64,000 bases of DNA from Mytilus californianus. Taxonomy: Eukaryota. Under the pieces are notes generated by a model that saw only the letters and a program-made list of their open reading frames with translations, was not told where the DNA came from and did not search any database. The stretch is from the NCBI RefSeq assembly GCF_021869535.1, contig NW_026262604.1, positions 24,924,001 through 24,988,000 on the forward strand. The letters run 5' to 3'. The translations under genes and the position numbers were made by a program. Within the stretch, counting starts at the first letter, position 1. Each line of letters begins with the position of its first letter. This document shows, piece by piece, positions 9,801-21,400 of this stretch.

Positions 9801-11255
9801 AATTGACTTTTTTATTCGAGCGTCACTGATGAGTCTTTTGTAGACTAATCGCTCGTCTGGCGTATTAAACATTCATCTATGAATGTACTGATAACGTTCT
9901 TAATAGTGGAAATTCAAACATGACGTGATGTTATTGTTATTTTGAGGGAACAGTTTGGGTCAGACCATTAAATATTGATGGCCCAATTGTTTAGGTTGAT
10001 ACTTTTTGTCAGATGACATGTATGAATTCACTCATATAAACCTGGTTGCATGTTCTCATTGGTACTTCCGTTGAGTTTCGAATGATCTTTGGACCTACAT
10101 GGTTTTGATTTGTTATTGTTGTCATGCTGCTGTACTATTCGTGTAATTGTTTTTAAGCACATGTGGATCATGCTCATTTTCAAAACTTTTTGTAGTCTTA
10201 GTTAGTAAGTACTAGTGTTACATGTACATTATACTATTGTTACATGTACATTGTACTAGTGTTACATGTACATTATACTATTGTTACATGTACATTGTAC
10301 TAGTGTTACATGTACATTATACTAGTGCAATATGTACTTCTGCTATTTTAACATGTACATTGTACTAGTGTTACATGTACATTCTGTTAGTGTTACCTGT
10401 ATATTATACTAGTGTTACACCTACATTGTACTACTGTTACATGTACATTGTACAAGTGTTACATGTACATTGTACTAGTGTTATACATGCACATTGTGAT
10501 AGTGTAACCTGTACATTATACTAGTGTTACATGTACATTGTACTAGTGTTACATGTAAATTGTACTAGTGTTACATGTACATTATACTAGTGTAACATGT
10601 ACATTGTACTAGTGTTACATGTACATTGTACTAGTGCTACATGTTTATTGTACTATTTTAACGTGTTCATCGTACTGTAGCGTTAACAAGCCAGGGTATT
10701 TGTCCTTGAACATATTGCCATCTTTTTCGCTGTTAAAATTACATAGATAAGCAATTTTTCCTGCTAAGTGCACAGTGAAAGTTTTAATGAGTTCTTTACA
10801 AATGAATGAACTAAACATATAGATTAAGGATACTAGAGACATCAAAATAGCTCCAAATAAAAATTATCGTGGCATTTACAGTTTCTACTAATGGCGTGAC
10901 TTTTTTTCATTTTTGGGTGCGAACAATAAAATTACGCTTAGTCCTTGATATTGTAAAACGGTTAATTTCATGATAATGATGACATTTGATTGCATTTTTA
11001 GCCCCATGAGACTTATTAATCAAGTAAATGTCTAAATTTATAGTATCAAACTCTCGTGATTACTATTTAAACATGTAATGAATTTATATTATATATTTTC
11101 AGGGTGGCTCATTAGGCACAAATATACTAGTAGATCCGCATACACATGTTCTTACAATACGGAAATTTTTACCTTATGATGACGGAGATTACAGATGTAT
11201 AGCTGCAAATTCATTGGGTGATGATCATAAAGATTTCCACTTACAAGGACACTAA
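800..11255 (+). CDS. Gene A (5'-incomplete), spliced: join(800..879,2824..2904,3601..3736,[optional 3973..4146],5410..5507,7241..7312,8129..8264,9071..9192,11103..11255). Predicted secreted LU-like x2 + Thr-rich linker + I-set-like Ig protein
   Basis: All exons have AG/GT boundaries and compatible phases, giving one open frame to TAA at 11253-11255. The Cys pattern and exon sizes match paralogs B and C, and AATAAA lies at 11277-11282. The signal-peptide exon was not identified. Confidence 0.85.
2824..2904 (+). CDS. Gene A exon b, LU1 middle: VCYIERCETSNGLKSWHLYNVGCKSLN
   Basis: tttcag|...|gtaagt, phase 0-0, CY...VGC motif shared with B and C, one extra Cys. Confidence 0.9.
3601..3736 (+). 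CDS. Gene A exon c, LU1 C-terminal part: FCSSSGPLLPVVGKRSARKRIDRTICHECCNDRNICNLEGHCGSA
   Basis: AAG acceptor after a long pyrimidine tract, donor gtatgc, phase 0-1, CC-x5-CN motif. Confidence 0.88.
3973..4146 (+). CDS. Candidate gene-A-specific extra exon, 58 codons: RIHPAVTTMLNRRVYLAMRDVETRNHCHAEWGVKLDVSCKKVPRTMYTRNPCNNSLR
   Basis: ttcttcatag|...|gtaagt, phase 1-1, open only in the required frame, GC-richer than the flanking intron; no recognisable domain. Confidence 0.45.
5410..5507 (+). CDS. Gene A exon d (intact copy), LU2 N-terminal part: FTKPFGSTLCYDCPFSRYPNSCNHLTLCDRDS
   Basis: gctttag|...|gtgagt, phase 1-0, 98 nt, same length as B 25578-25675, all 4 Cys present. Confidence 0.9.
5711..5898. 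repeat. 57-58 bp tandem repeat, about 3.3 units
   Basis: Unit starts at 5711, 5768, 5826 and 5883. Confidence 0.85.
6140..6243 (+). pseudogene. Second, defective copy of exon d in gene A: TTDRLPVG*IMCYDCPLAVDADEGNHISLCDRDS
   Basis: Intact aattcag/gtaatg splice sites and the same ...LCDRDS end as 5410-5507, but in-frame TGA at 6166-6168 and Cys replaced by Gly (GGC 6211-6213). Confidence 0.8.
6451..6793 (-). mobile_element. Degenerate Penelope-like terminal fragment
   Basis: Similar to 545-778, 41627-42095 and 56488-56967. Confidence 0.65.
7241..7312 (+). CDS. Gene A exon e, LU2 middle: ACSIKQTRNLLGEPRWTHGCSEKS
   Basis: atcacag|...|gtatgt, 72 nt, phase 0-0, same size in B and C. Confidence 0.9.
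8129..8264 (+). CDS. Gene A exon f, LU2 C-terminal part + Thr/Pro linker: HCARSNPQGTCSICCDSELCNRNCTIQSTIAPPTTTTIVPTTLIP
   Basis: ttattcag|...|gtaagt, phase 0-1, CC-x4-CN motif. Confidence 0.9.
9071..9192 (+). CDS. Gene A Ig exon 1: TAPIVHQVVINPTNIRYGDTVTIQCVATGNPSPTIDFLTR
   Basis: tcttttttag|...|gtaaac, 122 nt, I-set B-strand Cys followed by GNPxP. Confidence 0.92.
9300..9462 (+). mobile_element. tRNA-derived SINE, 3'-truncated (V-domain-like)
   Basis: A-box-like TGACCGAGT, B-box GAGTTCGAATC at 9371-9381, ggtcggtggttctctc core; a related copy is at 63095-63304. Confidence 0.65.
10209..10655. repeat. 22-bp minisatellite TGTACTAGTGTTACATGTACAT, about 20 units
   Basis: Directly visible periodicity. 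Confidence 0.92.
11103..11255 (+). CDS. Gene A Ig exon 2 (terminal): GGSLGTNILVDPHTHVLTIRKFLPYDDGDYRCIAANSLGDDHKDFHLQGH*
   Basis: ttttcag acceptor, L-T-I and D-x-G-x-Y-x-C-x-A-x-N-x-x-G I-set motifs, stop then AATAAA. Confidence 0.92.
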   Translation, partial: GGSLGTNILVDPHTHVLTIRKFLPYDDGDYRCIAANSLGDDHKDFHLQGH

Positions 11256-11345
11256 CACTTTAATTGGTTGTTTGAAAATAAATGAACTGATATGTAATTA
11301 CCTATGTAAATTAGTTCGAATTTTTTCTCTTATTATCATAAAAAA

Positions 11346-11820
11346 TTGAGAATGGAAATGGGGAATGTGTCAAAGAGACAACAACCCGACCATAGAGCAG
11401 ACAACAGCCGAAGGCCACCAATGGGTCATCAATGCAACGAGAAACTACCGCACCCGGAGGCGTCCTTCAGCTGGCCCCTAAACAAATATGTATACTAGTT
11501 CAGTGATAATTGACGTCATACTAAACTCCAAATTATACACAAAAAAATAAAATTAAAAATGATACAAGACTAACAAAGGCCAGAGGCTCCTGACTTGGGA
11601 CAGGCGCAAAAATGCGGCGGGGTTAAACATGTTTTTTGAGATCTCAACCCTCCCCCTATACCTCTAGCCAATGCAGAAAAAACAAACGCACAACAGTACG
11701 CACAGTAAAACTCAGTTGAAGAGAAGTCCGAGTCCGATGTCAGAATAGGAAACAAAAGAAAATAAACAAAATGACAATAATACATAAATAACAACAGACT
11801 ACTAGCAGTGACTGACATGC
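11346..11820 (+). mobile_element. Abundant interspersed repeat (gagaatggaaatggggaatgtgtcaaagagac family)
   Basis: Further copies at ~42590-42778 (-) and ~50940-51143 (+). Confidence 0.7.
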
Positions 11821-12403
11821 ATCTGTACAATTCAAAGCCGGTGATCATAATAATATGTCAATACAACTACAGCGCTACACATGTTCATTTCATAAATGCT
11901 ACTATATCGTTTGTTATACTACTATATCATTTGAACTGTTAAGGCGTTTTGAGCAGGTAGGAACTGACCGTTATGAATACTTTACACTCAGGGGCAATCG
12001 TGAGCTTGTCATATACAAAACGTCATGAATTTTTTTATGATTTTGTAGTCCTTGATAAAAATGCAGGATCAAATAGCCTTTATCGTTCACATGGGTGGTT
12101 TGCAAATACTAAATAAAAAGTCATTATGTAGCACAATCGAAATCATATTGTAAAATCATGTTCTTCTAAAAGAAAAGTAAGCATTTAATGTATAAAGGTG
12201 GCTTATATAGTATATTAAGAAATTATGTGGGTTGTTTTTATCCTATCTCTCCCTTACACTAATTTTAGAGTAGTGTGGGCAACCTATGATGGACTTGTGA
12301 TTTGATTAACTCATATTTGCAATGCGATAAAAAAAAAATGAACGCAATATTTAGCTAGACAAATTAGCTATATCGGGCATGAAACCATCAAATCGGATGA
12401 ATC

Positions 12404-12545
12404 CAATCAGATGACATCGGATGCATCCAATCAGGTGACTTCGGATGCATCCAATCAGGTGACATCGGATGCATCCAATCAGGTGACATCTGATTCATCC
12501 AATCAGGTGACATCGGATGAATCCAATCAGGTAACATCAGATGCA
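12404..12545 (+). repeat. 24-bp tandem repeat CATCGGATGCATCCAATCAGGTGA x6
   Basis: Direct periodicity; an inverted relative lies at 40436-40545. Confidence 0.9.
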
Positions 12546-12609
12546 GATAAGACACTTTTGCAGTTCATTGTAAATTAAGATTTGCAGCGTAATGACTAAT
12601 GAAGGTAGG

Positions 12610-13095
12610 GTTCGTTTGAGTAACAGAGGAAAGAATTGTGGTTACGACAATAGGAAAATATGCTAGTATGCCGGTATCTCTCAAACAGATATCAAACTCG
12701 TGATGGCGTCCGTAAAATTTTTGAGGGGTGATTTCGACTTCGCCTCTTGGAACTCTTGGTTTTATAGTTTCCTTCTGAGCAGTAAACCTCTATCAAGGCA
12801 TTCTCAATAAGAATGCCAAGCTCTGGAATATCGTATCAACAAGGATATATACTACAAATGCAGTCGCACCTGAAATGTTATTGCACAGAAAGGAAAAGTT
12901 CACAATTGGGAAGCTGAAATCATTTCTTTTGTAGAAAAGTGATGTTCTCAACCGACCATTATTTCAATGTCTAGATATGAGGCAGACTCAACTGTATCTA
13001 TTGTATCCTTTATTGCAATTTCAACTGGATATATGCGTTCCACATAGTCACCAAACTTTGAATTATTCAGTGCGAGGACAAGTGCGTTAACTCTG
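12610..13095 (-). mobile_element. Penelope-like retroelement RT C-terminal pseudogene fragment
   Basis: The reverse strand reads ...NNSKFGDYVERIYP...SASYLD...IRYSRA...LDRGLLLRRKL*NQEFQ..., with stops and frameshifts. Confidence 0.8.
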
Positions 13096-14299
13096 TTGGA
13101 CATTGTTATATATACATTTGACTACAATTGAGAACCATATATCGTTTTTTGTTTTTGTTTTGTTTTTTTTTTTTGTTGGGGGAGGGAGGTTTACATGTTT
13201 TTATTGTGACCTTATTTGGGTTTTACTTCATATCTTTCTTTACTTATATATTTTACATTATCAAGGATACTCAATCCAATAAATTGTATGTCCGTTAAGG
13301 AAAGTCGTGTTTTTTTCTAAAAACATAATAACATTTGAATTCTGCATAAGAAGAAATAGAACATGGGATGTTGGGTCTATGTATCCAAGATGTATATTGT
13401 AAATACATTGAAAATTTTCAAAAACTGTTAAATATTTCAATACATTTATATATTAAATTTGAGACGTGTCTCAATACCTTCCTTAGAATATGGAATGCAT
13501 TAAATGGGGAATAAAAATATATTCAAGTTTCTGTAAAAATAATGGGACGACCCTATCACATCCCTTGTGCTGTTGATAGGCAATGTCTATCTAATTTAAA
13601 CGCTTATTTAAATGCTTCCTGTTTGCAGTGATTGATATGCTCAACATTACCTATAAGATTTATTGTGTGTTTATTTTCGTCATGAATATACAGACAATAT
13701 TTGCCGCTGAATGTTAAGCAAAAAAAAAAACAATCAATGAATAATTCAATCGTACTTTTCAATTCAATTATACTGGTAATTGAAAATGATATTTATTACA
13801 CAGAAGTCACAACAGGTGACAATTCAACTATTTAAAGATACATAGTCAAACTTGCTTAATTGGCCGTTTCAGAATCTAAAGCATTTTGGGTAATTTAATT
13901 GTTCGTACCCAAAAATTAAAATAACTTCACGTCATTGATAAACTTTCCGTTGTTAGGGACGTTATAAACAAATGGCTACAGTAGTATACCGGTGTTCTAA
14001 AGTCATAAATCGATTGAGATAAAACAAATCCGGGTTACAAACTAAAACCGAGGGAACCAATCACGATGTTTTGGTGTATACTTTTGTAAATATTACCCAG
14101 AATGCATTAGATTCTGAGAGTCCAATTGGCCACCTGTATTAAGCAAAAACCTGTGTTATAAGACACTTACTATTAAGTTCCTCTCTAATAATTTTCATAT
14201 AAATTGAACCTGTATAAAAGACTACTTGTCTTATGAGACAACTTTTTTGCTCTCCCTTAAATGGTCTCTTAATATAGGTTTCACTGTATGTATATATAT

Positions 14300-15152
14300 A
14301 TATAAGTAAGTCTAAATTGAAAACAACGTTCAAACCTATGATTGCGTTGGATAAAAACCGCAAGTTTTATACGTGTGCATGCAAAACAAATTTCTTGGTA
14401 GAGGGGTCTAAATACAGCACAAACAACATTTTCCAAAACCCCAAAAAGAGAAAAAGTTTATTTTAACAAAACGCATTTGACTAGCAGGTCGAACAACTGA
14501 TGTTCTTAAACCCTGCTGACTGCCATTGGCGATTGCCAAATAAACAGATCACAAGATGTAACAAAATGGATCTTATAATTAATTAATTACCAAACTGAAA
14601 ACAACAAACTTGCGGAAAAGATGATATACCGCAAACATGAGGTGCAAAAATTTGTACACCATATCCGGATTTCGACAGTGATGTTAGGAATCGAAACGGT
14701 ATTTGGAAGGCCATATAATTTACCTCAATTTAGGATATACTCTTGAATTTTGAAAGAGTCGAAATAGGATGAACGGATCATATAAACCCGAAGGCAAATA
14801 TAATACAAGCCCAAACGAAAAAATATAAGCAAGTCTAAATTGACAACAACGTTCAAACCTATGATTGCGTTGGATAAAAACCGCAATTTTTTTACGTGTG
14901 CATGCAAAACAAATTTCTTGGAAGAGGGGTCTAAATACAGCACAAACAAAATTTTCCAAAAGACCAAAAAAGTGAAAAAGTATATTTTAACAAAACGCAT
15001 TTGACTAGCAGGCCGAAAAACTGATGTTCTTAAACCCTGCTGACTGCCATTTGCGATTGCCAAATACGAGGACCAGAAGATGAAACAAAATGGATCTTAT
15101 AATTAATTTATTACCAAACTAAAAACGACAAACTTGCGGAAAAGATGATATA
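14300..15152. mobile_element. Element with two ~320-bp direct repeats (14308-14628, 14831-15152) around a ~200-bp core, flanked by (TA)n
   Basis: Direct alignment by eye; 523-bp period. Confidence 0.75.
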
Positions 15153-15219
15153 TATATATACTTTAGTTATATTTTTATATAATTGACAATTCATTCTAAG
15201 TACATAACAAATGTCAATC

Positions 15220-15249
15220 CACGTGTCACTTGTCTAGTGGACTATATAA
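15220..15249 (+). promoter_or_regulatory. Candidate gene B core promoter: E-box CACGTG (15220-15225) and TATA-like TATATAA (15243-15249)
   Basis: About 150 bp upstream of the proposed ATG at 15395; motif match only, in AT-rich DNA. Confidence 0.3.
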
Positions 15250-15394
15250 TAAGTATTGCAGCTTTAATGTGTTTTAGTAAGCCAGACATCATGCTCACAA
15301 TTGTGTGAAATAGACGACATTGAATCTAATCTTATGTCATGTACTTAGTACATGTAATACTAACCGGATTGATAACGTTTACATTCCCGCTGAT

Positions 15395-15404
15395 ATGGCT
15401 AAAA
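15395..15404 (+). CDS. Gene B first coding exon (ATG GCT AAA A)
   Basis: ATG followed by a strong gtaagt donor in phase 1; joins 18026 to complete a signal peptide. Confidence 0.6.
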
Positions 15405-18400
15405 GTAAGTTTAAGATCACTTTTTTAAACTTTTGTATTGGAAAAAATATTTAGTTTAGTACCGTTGCAATTAATGTTTGTTGTATTGTCTCAAACTTTG
15501 ACAAAATGAACATGCACATAGAACAGCTGCAGTTATTGTCTGGTTTATTGTAACATAATTTAAATAATCGCATGTACATTGTATTTATAAGAATAGTCAG
15601 TTTAGAACAGCTTCAATTAATGCGTGTTCATTGTCACAAAATTTAAATAATCAACATGCACATTATAAATTGTCTTTACTGTGACAATGTGTTAGTCGTG
15701 TTCAATGAGGGAAATCTATCTGTTTACTTTAGGGTTATAGTTTGGTTCTTTTATTTGACCGAGTCATAGAACTGACAAAAGAATGCATTTTGTTACATAC
15801 AAAATAGAAACAAATATCCAAACTTACATAAAAAAATTAGCTTTTAGTCCTCATTTCTTATAAACCTTTTCCATTTTTTTGAAATCAATTTCTTGTACCA
15901 AATCAAAAGGTTCTGGTGACAAAAATATCCTAAAATATCGAATTAATCGTCTGGTTGTAAGAGACATTAGCTGTCAAATTCATGTTCACCGATTTGACTG
16001 AAATTCTAATGTTCGATTTCTAACATAATTAAACACATATATACAAAAAGTAAAAAAAAAAACAGACATGGATAGTTATAATTTATCCTGTAATCGACCT
16101 TTCTACTATACTAATACAGGTGTACAGATAACACAAAGCGATAAACGTATACTAGACGTTTATAGGCTCCTAGTGTCCTGCATCTGTTGCGAGCGAACGG
16201 TTATGTCAAATTTCTGTTTAAATCACAGTTCAATTTGGGGTCCTCATTGCGGTCCGCGTTTATGTCATGTCGATTTCATTCAAAAACAAATTCAACGATT
16301 GGGATGGGAAAAAATGTACAAAATTAATTGCATGATAAAGACAATAACTGTTTAGTGTCTTTAAATATCAACTGTATTTGTACTCGGCTCGAAACAGGAG
16401 TAATAGCTCGCTGAAGCTCGCATTACACCTGTTTCTTAGCCTCGTACAATTACAACTGATATTTAAAGACACTAAACAGTTATTGTCTATATATCAGCAT
16501 TTCATGCGTTCTTAAGACAACACCTCACCTAATTTACTTCCGAAGACTGACGGTGGTAATATATATAGAATAACCATACATTGTCTCGAAACATAAATTT
16601 TATTTGTACAAGACTTAGAAACAGGTAGAAAGCGAGGCTATGCCGAGCATTTCTATCCTGTTTTAAGACGACTACAAATAAAATGTATATTTCGAGACAA
16701 TATACGGTTATTCTTTATATACTGCAACTCTTACAACTGTTCTCAATGAAATATTTAGGGTAAAAACCATCATTTTTAATTTGGAGCGAACGACGTAAAA
16801 ATTCTACGAACCTGAACATTAAATGACGTCATAAATAAAAATCTACGGAAACGCATTGCCAACGTCATAAACAAGGCGATATACGGTCAGTGACTGTATA
16901 TCACAAATGGTTATACGGTCAATGCAATTTGACTGTGCAAATAACACAGCTGCAGTATATAAACCGATATAAACTTTAATAAAAAACATAAACAAAAAGA
17001 GTACGTGAATTCGTAAAGTGACAATTTTTCTAGGTCAGTTTGATTTCATGTCCTAGATTAAAAAAAAAATATAAAAAAAATATATGGAAATCTTCAGTTT
17101 ACATGTATAAGAATACTTTTTGGTGGGGCGATTCAGTCAATGATATGTTTCTCAATGGTGGCACCTTTGTTCACTTTTGAACTCAGGTTTTCTGCAATTT
17201 TAAGAACAATCTATGTGATGTGCATAGTATGTTAAATATATTGGAACTGCTTTACTAACCGGAACACTTATGTTGACTTGAGGTTTTTTTCTTATGTTCT
17301 TGTTGCTTAATCTTTTTATTATTTTTCATTCCGTATACAAAAATAAATCCTAAACAAGGTTGACCGTATCAATTATCATCTGTTGCAGAAATATTTGGTA
17401 GAAACAAACTTAATAACAGTTAACACTATAAAACGACACAAAATAATGAAATAAAAATTCCTGTAATGTTCAAACCTTACATGAAAACAACAGCACAATG
17501 ATAAAGAAACCTTGATTGAAGACAAAAACTATTAAATACCGTATCATCTGATTTAATGCTAATACATAGAAACTTACGGTTCATAATTGCACAATTTGTG
17601 TCATCTTCCACTCTCCGAAATAAGAGAAGGAGTGGGCATCGTTCATGTCTTTTGCCTATCAATAATGAAGATTTTTTTCCCCTGTTTTATTTGCTTTTTT
17701 ATTTTCTTCCTCTAGAAATTCGATGTTTTGTCATATTTTACAAATTTCTACATAACTTTTTATATAGTTCTGGCACTCCGCCAATGTTTGTTGTCATATC
17801 ATCAAACCTTGATGTCTATAGTTAAGATGTTTATTTGGTTAGATGGTGTAAATACATGTGCAAATGCTTTTTAATACCTGTTTCTTGGACAGATGGATGC
17901 TTAGGAAGTCGTTAATATGTTTTATTCACCATCATCATCGTCTTTTACCTTTTATTGTTCTTTTTATTGCACTTACTTTCACTATCTTATTGATGCTCTC
18001 TGATACTTTGATTATTTTTTTTTAGTATCCAACCTGATCGTTTGTTTCTATCTGGTGAAAAGTGTTACATGTAAGTTAATTCCATTGTACACATACTGTA
18101 CTAGTGTTATACGTTCATATAACTCCCTAGGTTGCTTGTTGTTCGTTTTAGCCGGAGGTAATCCCGATACAACGTATGATGAATGAATACGTTTCTATAC
18201 GGTTTCAACTTGTAAACTTTGTAATTATATTCTTACAAAAGGGAACAAACTCCTGCAGAAAAAGCCTTAAATTTTACAGCGAAATATCAAACTGATAAAC
18301 AAATACAGCAATAGTGTAATACATTATACGTTTATATTACTCTCTAGGCTTCTTAATGCCTACTTCATTGTAACTCTTGTGGAGAGTTATCTAGTTGGTA

Positions 18401-21400
18401 ATATTACCACATCTACTCATTTTTATATTTATCAATCTTCTAATGGCATCCAAAAAATAAACTGTCCTCAAAGTTGCTGATTTAAATGATGATTAATTTT
18501 CTCGAAAGTCTTCATTTTCATGAGGGCAACCTAACACTCGAGTTCTATGAAGTAAGTAAAGAGAAATTGATTTCTATTTTGTTCATTGAATTAATAACAC
18601 TGATTCGTGTCCTGCTCGCTAAGTTTTTGACCTTTTTCGCCAACATGAAATAAATCACAAAACTACATTATATATCAATCACAACATGTGTGGCACTATA
18701 ATCAACAGCATAAAACAAATAAAAAAAAACATTATAAATCAAACGCAACATATGTTGGAATATAATTAACATCATGAAACTAATAAAAAAATACATTATA
18801 AATCAAACACAACATGTATGGGACTATAATTAACAAAGGAAAGATATAAAAAAATACATTATAAATCAAACACATCATTCGTGGCATTATGATTGACAAC
18901 ATGAAACAAATAAAAACAATACATAAAAAATCAAACACAACATGTGTGGGACTATAATAAACAACATGAAACAAATAAAAAAACTTCATTTTAAATCAAA
19001 CACATCATTCGTGGCACTATGATTAACATCATGAAAAAAATAAAAAAAATAAATTATGAATCAAATACAACATGTGTAGGACTATAATTAACAAAATGAA
19101 ACAAATAAAAAAAAAAATACATTATAAATCAAACACATCATTCGTGGCACTATAATCAACAACATGAAACAAATCCTAGGTAATTCATTATATATTAAAC
19201 ACATGTGTGGCACTATAATCAACAACATTAAACAAATCACAAACACTACATTCTATATCAAACACAACATGTGTACTAGTGTTATACATTCATATAACTC
19301 CCTAGGTTATTTGTTCTTCGTTTAAGCCGATGGTAATCGCGATACAACGGCTCTGGTATGATGAATTAATACGTTTCTATACAGTTTCAACTTGTAAACT
19401 TTGTAATTATATTCTAACAAAATGGAACAAACTCCTGCAGAAAAAGCCTTAAATTTTACAGCGAAATATCAAACTGATAAAAAAAATACAGTAATAGTGT
19501 AATACATTATACGTTTATATAACTCACCAGACATCTTAATGCCTACTTCATTGTAACTCTTATGGAGAGTTGTCTAGTTGGTAATATTACCACATCTACT
19601 CATTTTTATATTTATCAATCTTCTAATGGCATCCAAAAAATAAACTGTCCTCAGCGTGGCTGATTTACATGATGATTAATTTTCTCGAAAATCTTCATTT
19701 TCATAATGGCAACCTAACACTCGAGTTCTATGAAGTAAGTAAAGAGAAATTGATTTCTATTTTGTTCATTGAAATAATAACACTGATTCGTGTCCTGCTC
19801 GCTAAGTTTTTGACCTTTTTCGCCAACATGAAATAAATCACAAAACTACATTATATATCAATCACAACATGTGTGGCACTATAATCAACAATCAACAGCA
19901 TAAAACAAATAAAAAAAATCATTATAAATCAAACGCAACATATGTTGGACTATAATTAACATCATGAAACTAATAAAAAAATACATTATAAATCAAACAC
20001 AACATGTATGGGACTATAAATAACAAAGGAAAGAAATAAAAAAATACATTATAAATCAAACACATCATTCGTGGCACTATAATCAACAACATGAAACAAA
20101 TCCTAGGTAATTCATTATATATCAAACACATGTGTGGCACTATAATCAACAACATTGAACAAATCACAAACACTACATTCTATATCAAACACAACATGTG
20201 TACTAGTGTTATACATTCATATAACTCCCTATGTTATTTGTTCTTCGTTTAAGCCGATGGTAGTCGCGATACAACGGCTCTGGTATGATGAATTAATACG
20301 TTTCTATACAGTTTCAACTTGTAAACTTTGTAATTATATTCTAACAAAATGGAACAAACTCCTGCAGAAAAAGCCTTAAATTTTACAGCGGAATATCAAA
20401 CTGATAAAAAAAATACAGTAATAGTGTAATACATTATACGTTTATATAACTCACTAGGCATCTTAATGCCTACTTCATTGTAACTCTTGTGGAGAGTTGT
20501 CTAGTTGGTAATATTACCACATCTACTCATTTTTATATTTATCAATCTTCTAATGGCATCCAAAAAATAAACTGTCCTCAACGTGGCTGATTTACATGAT
20601 GATTAATTTTCTCGAAAATCTTCATTTTCATAATGGCAACCTAACACTCGAGTTCTATGAAGTAAGTAAAGAGAAATTGATTTCTATTTTGTTCATTGAA
20701 ATTATAACACTGATTCGTGTCCTGCTCGCCAAGTTTTTGACCTTTTTCGCCAACATGAAACAAATCACAAAACTACATTATAAATCAAACACAATATGTT
20801 CGGCACTATAATTAAAAACATGAAACAAATAAAAAAAAAACTACATTATAAATCAAACACATCAAGTGTGGGACTATGATTAACAACATGAAACAAATAA
20901 AAAAAAATACATCATAAATCAACAACAACATGCATGACATGTGTGGGACTATAGTTAACAACATGAAACAAATAAAAAAAACTACACTATAAATCAAACA
21001 CATCATTCGTGGCACTATAATTACCAACATGAAACAAATAAAAAACTACATTATAAATCAAACACAAAATGTGTGGCACTATAATTAACAAAATGAAACA
21101 AATTAAAAAACTACATTATAAATCAAACACAAAATGTGTGGCACTATAATTAACAAAATGAAACAAATAAAAAAAACTACATTATAAATCAAACACAAAA
21201 TGTGTGGCACTATAATTAACAAAATGAAACAAATTAAAAAACTACATTATAAATCAAACACAAAATGTGTGGCACTATAATTAACAAAATGAAACAAATA
21301 AAAAAAACTACATTATAAATCAAACACCAAACACATTATTCGTGGCACTTAAATCAACAACATGAAACAAATCCCAGAAAATTCATTATATATCAATACA

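Noticed and set aside
16068-16355. 95-aa Cys-containing track ORF in B intron 1
   Set aside because: No splice-compatible boundaries or family motif, and it runs into a MITE
17560-18020. Minus-strand coiled-coil-like fragments (LAECQNYIK...EFLEEENKK)
   Set aside because: Multiple stops, low complexity and no diagnostic motif
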